Shown in pieces: positions 29,043-41,304 of a DNA stretch of 64,000 nucleotides. Below the pieces are notes generated by a model. The model made no database searches and was not told the DNA's origin. It saw only the letters and a list, made by a program, of their open reading frames with translations. The DNA is taken from the NCBI GenBank assembly GCA_964016885.1, contig CAXHJY010001028.1, positions 1 to 64,000 on the forward strand. The letters are read 5' to 3'. The stretch is from Eledone cirrhosa. Its lineage: Eukaryota. Position numbers and translations under genes: made by a program. Within the stretch, counting starts at the first letter, position 1. Every line of letters starts with the position of its first letter.

Positions 29043-30058
29043 CACTACCACTGCCACTGCCACTACCACCACCACCACCACCACCACCACTACCACTACT
29101 ATCACCACTGCTACTACCACCACCACTACTACCACTACCACTAACACTACCACTGCCACTACCACCACCACCACCACCACTACTACCACTGCCACTACCA
29201 CCACCACCACCACCACCACTACTACCACTATCACTACTACTACCACTGCCACTACCAACACCACTACTACCACTACTACCACTACTACCACTACTACCAC
29301 TGCCACTACCACCACCACCACCACCACCACTACTACCACTACTACCACTACTACCACTGCCACTACCACCACAACCACCACCCCCACCACCACTACTACC
29401 ACTACCACCACTACTACCACTGCCACTACCACCACAACCACCACCCCCACCACCACTACTACCACTACCACCACTACTACCACTGCCACTACCACCACAA
29501 CCACCACCCCCACCACCACTACTACCACTACCACCACTACTACCACTGCCACTACCACCACAACCACCACCCCCACCACCACTACTACCACTACCACCAC
29601 TACTACCACTGCCACTACCACCACCACCACCACCACCACTACTACCACTACCACCACTACTACCACTGCCACCACCACCACCACCACCACCACTACTACC
29701 ACTACCACCACTACTACCACTGCCACTACCACCACAACCACCACCCCCACCACCACTACTACCACTACTACCACTACTACTACTACCACTACTACCACCA
29801 CAACCACCACCACCACCACCACCACTACTACCACTACCACCACTACTACCACTGCCACTACCACCACCACCACCACCACCACTACTACCACCACTACTAC
29901 CACTGCCACTACCACCACCACCACCACCACCACTACTACCACTACCACCACTACTACCACTGCCACTACCACCACCACCACCACTACTACCACTATCACT
30001 ACTACTACCACTGCCACTACCAACACCACTACTACCACCACAACCACCACCACCACCA
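29011..30058. repeat. Compound (ACC/ACT)n trinucleotide satellite with higher-order periodicity
   Basis: Direct reading; the poly-T/V/G/P ORFs are artefacts. Confidence 0.9.
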
Positions 30059-30412
30059 TGGTTTATGCTTTTTGTTTCCTCTCTAATCCCAAAGGTGTCG
30101 CTGTGTGGCACAGACTCAGAAATAATTATTTGTAATGTCTCCCTCTCTCTCTCTCTCTCTCTCTCTCCCCCTCTCTCTCTCTCTCTCTCTCTCTCCCCCT
30201 CTCTCTCTCCCTCCCTCTCTCTCTCTTTCTCCCCCCCTCTCTCTCTCACTCTTTCCCTATCTCTCTCTCTCTCGTACGTACCCACACACATACACATACA
30301 GACCGATAGACACGCACACACAGTCGCACAGACCCAGACAGACACACACCCACATCACACCCTATAATGTACGGTAGCAGAAAAAAAGACAAATAGTGTG
30401 ACAGATATGTAT

Positions 30413-30474
<62 letters not shown>

Positions 30475-30578
30475 TGTGTGTGTGTGAGTGAGTGAGTGAG
30501 TGAGTGAGTGAGTGAGTGAGTGAGTGAGTGATTGAATGAGGGAGGGAGAGAGAGAGAGATAGATAGAGAGAGAGAGAG

Positions 30579-30613
<35 letters not shown>

Positions 30614-30695
30614 AGGAAGGGGATGAAAATGGCCAGCTTGGAATATTTATTTACTGCTAAATACATCAAAATATGATGAATTGAAGAGAATGGGA

Positions 30696-30735
<40 letters not shown>

Positions 30736-31010
30736 GTGTGTGTGTGTGTGTGTATATATATGTGTGTATGTATGTGTGTGTGTATATGTGTCTATATATG
30801 TGTATGTGTGTGTCTATATATGTGTGTGTGTGTGTATGTGTCTATATATGTGTTAAGTGATATAACAATATTTAAAGATGATAATATTTATAATATAAAT
30901 AAATATGATAAATGGGAAGAAAAAGAGCAACAACAATGACATCAACAACAACAACAGCAAGGAAGATCAAGACCGTGTATATATAGATATATAAACACAC
31001 ACACACACGG

Positions 31011-31048
<38 letters not shown>

Positions 31049-31244
31049 TTATGGCCCCAGCTTCTTTATGCTATGGTTAATGCTTTCCCACAGTTTATAG
31101 GGAAATAACTATTTTAGAAATAGCTAGAGGTCCGTGCTTTACTGTGTGGCTAAGACATTCGCAACCACGTAGTTCAGCATTCAGTCTCACTGTGCAGCAC
31201 TTTGAGCACGTGTCCTTTAATGATTGACTAATTCCATTTGAATG

Positions 31245-31470
31245 GAAGCTGATAGACGATAAATGTGTCGGTCTTTATAGAGATGACTGGTTAGTCGAAC
31301 GGTGAAGCCATGAATAGTTCTAAGAAGAATTTAACCGGAAACTTTAAGCTATTTGGCCTCGACCATAACTATCAGCAATAATCGAACTACAGTTAACCTT
31401 TTGAACATTACTTTAGACGGCAAGAGAGTTAACTATCACCCTTACAAAAACCCTAATGAGGAAACACGTG
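31245..31470 (+). pseudogene. Degenerate PLE RT fragment
   Basis: With frameshifts: VGLYRDDWL...FKLFGL...TVNLLNITLD...YHPYKNPNE, matching GLYRDD...VNFLDITLD...YQPYHKPNQ. Confidence 0.75.
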
Positions 31471-31650
31471 GTGTATTTGGACTCAGAGTGCAGAGAGTCT
31501 GAATAAATACCGCAAGGCATTCTATCTGACATTCTAACGACTCTGCCAATTCGCCGTTTATAAAGTGTGGTAGGATTCGTAAACAAACAATTCTTGTACA
31601 TATTTTTGTATCTATGTTTGCACGAGTCTATACAATATATATATATATAT

Positions 31651-31701
<51 letters not shown>

Positions 31702-31951
31702 GTTAGAGGCGTGCTATATATAAATACACATATTCTTATCTTCGTGTATTTAGGCTCGTTTTGAAATACGGCTCGCGTAATGTTTATATTTGCCTGCATA
31801 TTTGGCAGATGTCTTTGTACACCTAAAGAAATACACTTTCACCTAGCTTCACATTAGCAGTGACATCTACATACAGCATTGTTTCATACACGCATACACA
31901 TAGGAATACACTCACACACACACACATATATGTATATATATATGTATATAC

Positions 31952-32042
<91 letters not shown>

Positions 32043-32084
32043 TGTGTGTGTAGTGTTGATGGTATCAGAGCCTTGGGACATATC

Positions 32085-32151
<67 letters not shown>

Positions 32152-32193
32152 TGTGTGTGTAGTGTTGATGGTATCAGAGCCTTGGGACATATC

Positions 32194-32246
<53 letters not shown>

Positions 32247-32300
32247 TTCATATATATTCATATATATTCATATTTATATATAAATATGAATATATATGAA

Positions 32301-32342
<42 letters not shown>

Positions 32343-32407
32343 ATGTCCCAAGGCTCTGATACCATCAACACTATAAACACAGAGCTGGAATACCTAAGAA
32401 CTGACTA

Positions 32408-32466
32408 ACTGCCTGATGAGGTCATAGTCATTCAATGGCTATCATCGAAATATATATAGTAAATAA
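32408..32466 (+). ncRNA. Hammerhead-like motif in a small element (about 32338-32505) just upstream of the full PLE
   Basis: CTGATGA at 32413-19, stem II atagtca/tggctat, GAAA at 32447-50, palindromic stem III ATATATAT followed by A. Stem I is weak (tgc/gta). Confidence 0.55.
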
Positions 32467-32874
32467 AGGATTATGAGTTCATGCAATTGACTTATGTTTC
32501 GTCACATATATATATATATATAAATAATGAACTTTTTTTGTTTAATATAAGGAATTGTTTATTCATTATTTGTTTAATATTTTATCTTGACTCTGTATAC
32601 CGTTTATCTTTCACCGAAAGTGGATTTTCATTACATCTCTTCTTTCCATGATATCCGGAATACATTGAGTTCTTCATACGGATTGGACACTACCGTAAAC
32701 TCTTGGTAGATTTATCTACATAATTTTGCTCCTATTTTCACGGAAATATTCGTATTTTTGTACTGTATATGTGTATTAATTTTATATTTATGTATAAACA
32801 TATATATATGTATGATTTTGTAAACCCATATACATTTAGTTGAGCTCTTTCAATTGTCCATCATCCATATCACA

Positions 32875-35316
32875 ATGGAAAAACAATATTTAGGAACCTC
32901 CTTAAAAAACATACCAATACCTTCTAAGGACGACTTCTTACTCCTTATGATTCAGAAAACTAATAATTTTATCAGAAGGGTTAGATGGAGAGCCTACCAC
33001 TTCGATAGAAAATCTAAACAAGCAGATCGGAAATATATGTATGATTTCAATACTTACAAGAATCCACCACACAACTTTTTACTTGAAGACTTCGAGAAAG
33101 ACCTTTTTAATTTAATTAAACACCTCAAATTTAAAAAGTATAAATCCGTCTTTCAAAAGGACCTTGATTCTACCCTATTGGACCTAAAAAAGTCTAAAAA
33201 AATCCATGTCCACTCGGACAAAACTGGTAACTTGTATCATATGGATATTGAACATTATAATGAGTTCATATATAAAGAACTCAGAAAAAATTATAAAAAA
33301 TCTAATAATGTGTCACTCACCAACATCAACAACAAAACACACAACATAGTAAAAAAACTAAACATTGAAGATAGAACTGAACCTTTGGCATTGAAAAGAC
33401 CACACTTCAACCTGAAAGATCACAAATCTAACTTTAACTCTAATCCTTCTATTAGACTTATATGTCCCTCCAAATCAGATATTGGAATAATTAGCAAAAA
33501 AATTTTAGATAGAGTCATCCCACAAATAAGAAAACACGTTATTTTACCACTCTGGGAAAACACCTCCCAGGTAATTAACTGGTTTAAAAATATTAGGTGT
33601 AAATCTTCTGCTTCTTTCCTACAATTTGATATAGATAATTACTATTCTTCTATATCACCTATACTCCTGAACAAAGCATTAATATTTGCTAAAAATAGAT
33701 CTAATTTAACTTCGGATGACATTAACATTATTACACATGCTAGACTAACACTTATTGAATTTCAGAATGAATACTGGACCAGAAACACATACAGTAATCT
33801 TTTTGATATTACTATGGGTTCAAGCGATTCCGCCCAAATTACTGATCTTGTGGGCCTCTTTCTCCTTTTCAACATAAATGCCTCTTTTCCCCACCTCAAA
33901 GGTGGTTTATATCGTGATGACTGTCTTCTTCTTTCTAACAACCTTAGCCTTTCAGAAATCGAAAAAAACAAAAAACATATTAGAACTTTCCTTAAAGACT
34001 ATTATAATCTTAATATTACTTTTGAAAAAACAAGTAAAGTAGTAAATTTCCTAGATATAACTTTAGATTTAGCTACGGGTATATACCAACCTTACCATAA
34101 ACCTAACCAAAACTTACATTACATACACTCACAATCTAATCACCCTAAATCTATCCTTAAAAACCTTGCATATAATATATCACTTAGAATTTCTAACCTT
34201 TCTTCTAACCAAGATGTATTTGATAAAAATGCGACCTTTTATAATGAAGCTCTAGATAGAAGTGGCCACAAAAATAGATTAGAGTATATACCTTCTACTA
34301 AAAATACTGAAAGCATACAGCATAATATTACCAACAAACACCAAATGAAAAATACACACCTAAATGCCACCCACAATATACCCCAAAATACTAAATCTTC
34401 TAATATAAAGTATAGTAACCCTCAAAAAACTACTCATCATACAACTATAATAAATATTAATAATAAAACTCCTAATAAAAAAGATAAAACACCTAAATCT
34501 ACAAATATAACTAAAAATAGTTGTGGTGAGATCATTAACATTAATCCTCCTAGTAAAAATCATGATACAACCTATAAAAATAATAAAAATAATAAACAAC
34601 ATAGAAACCGTAATAGACGAGTTACTTGGTATAATGCTCCTTTTAATTTACAAGTTAAGGATAATATTGCTAAAAAATTTTTTTATATCCTTGAGAAAAA
34701 CTTCCCGCCAAACCACAAATACCATCAAATCTTAAATAGGTCTACAGTTAAATTCTCATACTCTACAACAAATAACATAAAACAAAATATAAGTGCATAT
34801 AATGCATATAAATGTAAGAAAACCATAAGTATACCACCAGTACATCAAATTAACAATAATATCTCCTCAAATACAGAATTAACGAAAGGATGTAACTGTA
34901 GAAACAAAACAAACTGCCCATTAAAAGGGAATTGTCTTGTTAACAACATAGTCTATAAATGTAATATTAAAACTAAAGATTCTATTTGCTCATATATAGG
35001 AGCTACCTCTAACAATTTTAAGACAAGGTTTAATACCCACAAGCATAGTTTTAAAAATGCCGCACTGGCTAATACAACATCTCTAGCAGAAAAAATCAAT
35101 AGTTATAAAAATAAGAATATAAAATATGATTTGACCTGGAGTGTGCTCAAAAGAGCCACCCCTTATCAAAATAATAGAAAGGAATGTAGATTATGTTCCC
35201 AAGAACTATTTGAAATAATGAAGTCTAAGGATATCTTATTAAATAAACGACAGGAATTAATTATATCGTGTAATCATAAACTAAAAAAAACATTTAAATA
35301 TTATAAACCTAATTAA
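32875..35316 (+). CDS. Penelope-like element polyprotein: reverse transcriptase plus C-terminal GIY-YIG endonuclease (Hydra-clade-like), about 813 aa
   Basis: Uninterrupted ORF; first ATG at 32875 (MEKQYLGTSLKNIPIPS). N-terminal SDKTGNLY motif. RT motifs FDIDNYYSSI, MGSSDS, GLYRDD and VNFLDITL. Cys linker CNCRNKTNCPLKGNC. GIY-YIG-type VY...YIG...RFNTH, followed by CRLCSQE and LLNKRQE...CNH. Confidence 0.95.
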   Translation: MEKQYLGTSLKNIPIPSKDDFLLLMIQKTNNFIRRVRWRAYHFDRKSKQADRKYMYDFNTYKNPPHNFLLEDFEKDLFNLIKHLKFKKYKSVFQKDLDSTLLDLKKSKKIHVHSDKTGNLYHMDIEHYNEFIYKELRKNYKKSNNVSLTNINNKTHNIVKKLNIEDRTEPLALKRPHFNLKDHKSNFNSNPSIRLICPSKSDIGIISKKILDRVIPQIRKHVILPLWENTSQVINWFKNIRCKSSASFLQFDIDNYYSSISPILLNKALIFAKNRSNLTSDDINIITHARLTLIEFQNEYWTRNTYSNLFDITMGSSDSAQITDLVGLFLLFNINASFPHLKGGLYRDDCLLLSNNLSLSEIEKNKKHIRTFLKDYYNLNITFEKTSKVVNFLDITLDLATGIYQPYHKPNQNLHYIHSQSNHPKSILKNLAYNISLRISNLSSNQDVFDKNATFYNEALDRSGHKNRLEYIPSTKNTESIQHNITNKHQMKNTHLNATHNIPQNTKSSNIKYSNPQKTTHHTTIININNKTPNKKDKTPKSTNITKNSCGEIININPPSKNHDTTYKNNKNNKQHRNRNRRVTWYNAPFNLQVKDNIAKKFFYILEKNFPPNHKYHQILNRSTVKFSYSTTNNIKQNISAYNAYKCKKTISIPPVHQINNNISSNTELTKGCNCRNKTNCPLKGNCLVNNIVYKCNIKTKDSICSYIGATSNNFKTRFNTHKHSFKNAALANTTSLAEKINSYKNKNIKYDLTWSVLKRATPYQNNRKECRLCSQELFEIMKSKDILLNKRQELIISCNHKLKKTFKYYKPN

Positions 35317-35839
35317 TAACATTATTCTAGAAATTAATTTAATTTAAATGTTAGTTAACCTATAAATTTAATTTAATTAATATTTTATTACAGATGAGAA
35401 AATATTATGTAATCATAAATTGTGAAAAACCTTTAAATATTACTAATATATACTTAGTAATTTAATTTATAGATTAATTTTAATTTATTTAAACCTTTTA
35501 TTATAATTCTTTTACAGATAAAATATAACAAAATAATATCATGTATCCAATGACGGAGAAATAATTTTTAGTATTATAGACCTAATTAATATACATTTTG
35601 GAAATATATTTATTATTTGGTTTTAGTTTTAATCAACCTAAAAATTTTAATTTTAATTTGCTTAAAATTAGTATCCTTATACAGACGAATTGCAGAATGT
35701 CATGTAATCATAGAATGGGATGTGTTTTGGATATATACCTAGTTAATATATTCTGTGCAATTTTTTGAAAAAGATATGTATATGTATATGTGTATGTATA
35801 TGTGTGTGTTGTGTATGTGTATCTGTATGTATGTATATA

Positions 35840-35894
<55 letters not shown>

Positions 35895-37042
35895 ATATGT
35901 ATGTATATGTGTATGTGTATGTATATGTATATGTATGCGTATTAATTTTGATTTCTATTTGCATATAATTATATTATGCTATTGATGAAATACAATATCT
36001 GTTTTATGTATTGTATACCTAATTAACATATACTAATTAACGTATACTATTGAAATAAATATATAATTTTTAATTTAGTTAACATATAATTTATATGCTA
36101 CTACCGATGTAATACTTTATTTTATTTTTATTTGGGTTTCTTTTCCCTATTACTAAATTCATCTCCTAATATTGATACCATAACGTTATTAACTTTAATT
36201 TAGTTATAATGTAATTAATAATCTACTACTGTTTGACTTCAAAATTCTGCTTCAAATATTATAAACCTAACTAATTTACACCTTAGAAATCAATATGTTG
36301 ACTATCTTTGGTTTAGTTAACATATGATTAATGGTATACTTATTTATTTTGAGATGCATAGATTTCGTATTTCCTAGCACTGAAAATATGTAAGAACATA
36401 CATTGAATTAAGATACGGAAAATATTATATGTTTCTTGAAACATATATTTACTTTGATCCCCTTCTCCAAACCCCCCCTTTCCCCCATACTATTATCATC
36501 TGTATTTGTAAGCGTCTATGTATGAATATATATGTAGGTAGGTGTCTATATAGGTTTGGGTATTTATATCTAAATATAAAAATACATATATGAGCATGCA
36601 AATATGAATGTAAGATTGTGTGTGTATATATGATTGTACATACATATGTATGTATATATATGTATATATATGCATTATATATGTATGTGTATGTGAATGT
36701 GTTGTATGTATATGTGTATGTATGTGTATATATGTGTATGTATGTGTATGCTTGTATATATAGGAATATATATATGTGTATATATGTATGTATATGTATA
36801 TGCGTGTATGTATGTATGTGTATGTGTGTTGTGTATATATATGTATGTCTCTCTATTTATATATTTATCTTCGTATCTATGTGATATATGTGTGTGTGTG
36901 TGCACGTATGCATATGTATGTGTTTGTGTGTGTTTGTATGTGTGTGTGTATATGTGTGTATGTGCGCACACACACATACACATATATATATATATATGTG
37001 AGTGTGTATGTGTGTCTGTGTGTGTGTGTGTGTGTGTATGTG

Positions 37043-37080
<38 letters not shown>

Positions 37081-37197
37081 GATATATATATATATATATA
37101 TATATAGGTGTCTATGTGTGAATATATGTCTTTATTCGTATGTGTGTATTTATGTATGTATATATTTATGTGTATGTATGTATGTGTATGTATGTAT

Positions 37198-37229
<32 letters not shown>

Positions 37230-37393
37230 GTATATATATATATGTATATTATTCTTTATTATTATAATATAACTTATGTGTATATGTGTATAAGTGAGGT
37301 TGTGTATGTATATATAATATGTGTATATATAAGAGTAATAAAATATATATGTATATGTGTATGTGCATGTCTGTTTTTTATGTGTGTGTGTAT

Positions 37394-37427
<34 letters not shown>

Positions 37428-37564
37428 ATACGTGTGTGTGTATGGATATATATATATATATATACATGTGGGTGTTTGTATGTGTATTTATGGTGGTATG
37501 AGTGTGTGGATATATATGTTTATGTATATATATATATATATATATGTATGAGTCTATGTGTGTG

Positions 37565-37600
<36 letters not shown>

Positions 37601-37923
37601 TATGTGTATATATATGTGTGTATATATATATATATGTGTATGTATGTGTGTATATATATATATCTCTATTAATGCGTGTGTGTATGTATATACATATGCC
37701 TTTTTATTATTATTTTTAGTTGTATGTCTGAGTTTGGTGAGGTTGTATTGTTTTTTATGTATATACACATATATTGAAGCGTATGTATTTATATATATGA
37801 GTATAAGTAGGTGCATATGTATGTATGATTATATATCTAATTCTATGTATGAAGGTACATCTATATATATATATATACGTGTGTATGTAAGTTGTGTGTG
37901 TATGTATCTATATGTCTATGTGA

Positions 37924-37963
<40 letters not shown>

Positions 37964-38052
37964 CGATGTGCGTATATGTATGTACATGTATGTACATGTA
38001 TGTGTGTATGTATGTGTTTGTATATTTAGATGTATGTGTATGTATATGTATG

Positions 38053-38109
<57 letters not shown>

Positions 38110-38943
38110 ATATATATATATATGGATATATATCTTTATTATCTATTTTTTATATATATGTGTATGTGTGTATGTGTTGCGCGTGTGTGTGTGTATATAT
38201 ATATCTTTTTATATGTGTATGTGTATGTTCGTGTAAGTGTATGTGTGTGTATGACTGTATATGTATGTGTGTATGTGTGTATGCGTAAATATCTCTATGT
38301 GCGCGTACATGTATGTATGTGTATATATATCTGTATGTGTATGTATATTATATTATATTTATTATATTTTATTGTTTTATTTTTTTTTATTTTTTTTTTT
38401 TTTTTTTTCTTAATTTATAGATACATTTATATTAGGCAGTCTGCTCAGACAATTGAATACTGACCCCTCCCCCCCCTCCCACCTAATTTCTGTATCTTGA
38501 TCTTGAAATGTGTGTGCCAGTGTTTTATGTGAGTGACTTAATTTCTATGTGCTTATGATTTTATATCCACATATATAAATGTGAGTGGGGGAGTGTGTGT
38601 GTTTGTATGTTCGTGGTTATGTGTATATTTATGCATATACGCGCATGTATGTGTGATTATACTGATATGTGTGAGTATGAAAAAATATATTTATATGCTT
38701 GACTCCATAAGTATCAATGCGCATCTTATCAGCGCATTAAGCTTACAGAGATATTAACCTTGAAATTTTGTGTTTGCATCCATCTTTTTAGTATGCGTAT
38801 ACAAATTATACACACATTTTTGTAAAATATGTGTAAGGATTTTACATGTATATACACACACCGAACTGCTTTTAACCCTTTGTGTTTTCATTGGTCAATT
38901 TTGAACTGATATTTTGAATTGTTGTTATTATCAATAAATATAC

Positions 38944-39098
38944 TTCATTATTTCTGAAGACGGCGTATATATGTGTTAGGTATGTATATTTAATCTTGAT
39001 AATTTGTATAATTTTGTATAATTTTGTACATAGATCTGTTGAATATGCATACCAATTATAACACATATATACCCTAGAAACGATCGTTAAATAATGAA
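38944..39098 (+). ncRNA. Type I hammerhead ribozyme with extended stem II (PLE 3' terminal repeat region)
   Basis: Stem I ttcattattt (38944-53) / aaataatgaa (39089-98), 10 bp. Core CTGAAGA at 38954-60 and GAAA at 39077-80. Stem II includes gtatatatgtgtta/taacacatatatac and ggtatgtatattt/gaatatgcatacc. Palindromic stem III ACGATCGT. GUU triplet, predicted cut after 39088. Confidence 0.85.
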
Positions 39099-39143
39099 CT
39101 TTTTTTGTTTAATATAAGGAATTGTTTATTCATTATTTGTTTA

Positions 39144-39218
<75 letters not shown>

Positions 39219-39249
39219 GCATATAGGTAAGTTATTTGAACTTCATCTA

Positions 39250-39345
39250 TTAGCTTGGTTGATCTCACTTGGGGATCCAAGTGGATTATTTGGAGGCGGT
39301 AGCTTCTAGCAACACCGATTGGAAGGCGTGTCTGGAACCATGCGT
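39250..39345 (+). mobile_element. Degenerate RTE LINE 3' fragment
   Basis: LGIQVDYLEAVASSNTDWKACLE resembles the RTE LGI...VA.D...WK..L tail. Confidence 0.4.
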
Positions 39346-39547
39346 CAGTACTGAAGTTGATTCTTCTTCTATATCTCATTCTCAATCCTTCTCTGAAACA
39401 AAATCTGCTGTATTCAGACTTGGAAAGGAGATGGCTCCGCTAGGTTGTTAAAAAAGTGCCCTAGCTATGCCGTAAGTCCATGCGGCGTCCCTACAACTCC
39501 CTCAGCAGTTACAGCAGTCATGTCGAACAGTCCCTCAGCAGTTACAG

Positions 39548-39726
39548 CAGTCATGTCAAACAGCGGCCCTTTACGAGCACACCTGCGGCCCGCACAAAGG
39601 TTTTTACAGCGCGAACATGTTTTATCTTCGTAATATAAAATAGAAAAAAATTAGTTGTAATGTGTGGCCCTCAGACAACACGTATGTGGCCCTAGGGGGG
39701 GGGGGGACCTCAGTTTGACATGCCTG
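39548..39726. mobile_element. hAT-like MITE; a reverse terminal fragment lies at 41622-41697
   Basis: TIRs cagtcatgtcaaac / gtttgacatgcctg and subterminal gcggcccg/tggccc motifs; no clean 8-bp TSD. Confidence 0.6.
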
Positions 39727-39975
39727 CTCTAGACTTTTTAACTTTGATTTTGAAAGTAGGTTTATAATTATCAATTCTCTCTATACTTTTGTAGCTGTCT
39801 CGGTGGCCTAGTTGGAGGAATCATAGACGGTGGTGATCCTGTCCTGACGTTCGAACCTAGTAGTGAATAGAATTCCCAGTAAACCTTTTCAATTTTTTCC
39901 TATTGGTTATAAAATAAAAACTGAAAAAGGTTACATGTACCTCTTGACCAGGATTGAACCTGAGACCAGGATCTC

Positions 39976-40371
39976 CACGTGGCAAGTGTGTGCAGTTTTG
40001 TGCGTACGTGCAACCGATGCCTTGAAAAGGCGTGAGGGTGTTTCGACGTCTACAATTGCGCCTCTTGACGACACTGACTCTAACATATCTGATAAGACAA
40101 GCGGACAAGTCTCAACGAAGCTGATAACGATTGCATGTTGTATAGTGGTGGTGTTTGGGGATGGCGGAGCGGGTGGGAAATGGTGGTGATGATACACACA
40201 CACACACACGCACATATACACACACACACACACACATATACATATATATATAAGTTAATCCCGGGTTCAATCGGGGGTAACTACAGTAAGTAAGTAAGGT
40301 ACTCAATCATCAGAGCTTAATGATGATTTCTCCCGAATGAAACACTTCTAGTCCCGTAGAAGCCATTTCTC

Positions 40372-40419
<48 letters not shown>

Positions 40420-40573
40420 GATAACAAGTTATCGTTATAGGTAATCCAGTTAGAGTACCCCGCGTCGTGGATGGTTTTAACGAACTCTAGACACACCTGA
40501 TCAACGAAACAATTGTTAGTACTTTAAATAAAGCCCTTATTGTACAGCCAACCATGTTACTCTTCTTTCTTTA

Positions 40574-40643
<70 letters not shown>

Positions 40644-40771
40644 GAGAAATGGCTTCTACAGGACTAGAAGTGTTTCATTCGGGAGAAATCATCATTAAGC
40701 TCTGATGATTGAGTACCTTACTTACTTACTGTAGTTACCCCGATTGAACCCGGGATTAACTTATATATATA

Positions 40772-40812
<41 letters not shown>

Positions 40813-41032
40813 GTATCATCACCACCATTTCCCACCCGCTCCGCCATCCCCAAACACCACCACTATACAACATGCAATCGTTATCAGCTTCGTTGAGACT
40901 TGTCCGCTTGTCTTATCAGATATGTTAGAGTCAGTGTCGTCAAGAGGCGCAATTGTAGACGTCGAAACACCCTCACGCCGTTTCAAGGCATCGGTTGCAC
41001 GTACGCACAAAACTGCACACACTTGCCACGTG
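39976..41032. repeat. Inverted duplication with about 400-bp arms (39976-40378 and 40640-41032)
   Basis: Each arm contains unique sequence, a (CA)n tract and a rearranged family B element; only a few mismatches and indels between arms. Confidence 0.85.
40418..40578 (+). mobile_element. Family C insert in (TA)n; a diverged reverse copy lies at 5753-5853
   Basis: Shared gaaacaattgtta(g/a)tacttt...ttgtacagcc...accatgtta. GAAA + palindromic ACAATTGT + U resembles a hammerhead 3' half; the first core is not intact. Confidence 0.55.
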
Positions 41033-41054
41033 CAAAGTCTGGTTGGTGTGTGTA

Positions 41055-41127
<73 letters not shown>

Positions 41128-41197
41128 TATAATGTATAAATAAATAAATAAATAAATATCTATCTACACATGTATATATATATATATTTATTTATAC

Positions 41198-41304
<107 letters not shown>

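Larger units (their letters stand above)
32522..39152 (+). mobile_element. Full-length Penelope-like retroelement with terminal direct repeats, inserted in (TA)n
   Basis: Identical 64-nt repeats at 32522-32585 and 39089-39152 (aaataatgaac...aatattttat), each abutting (TA)n. They enclose the RT-EN ORF, a long 3' region and a hammerhead ribozyme. Confidence 0.85.

Noticed and set aside
39793-39975. tRNA genes
   Set aside because: Only A/B-box-like remnants and no cloverleaf; probably SINE heads.
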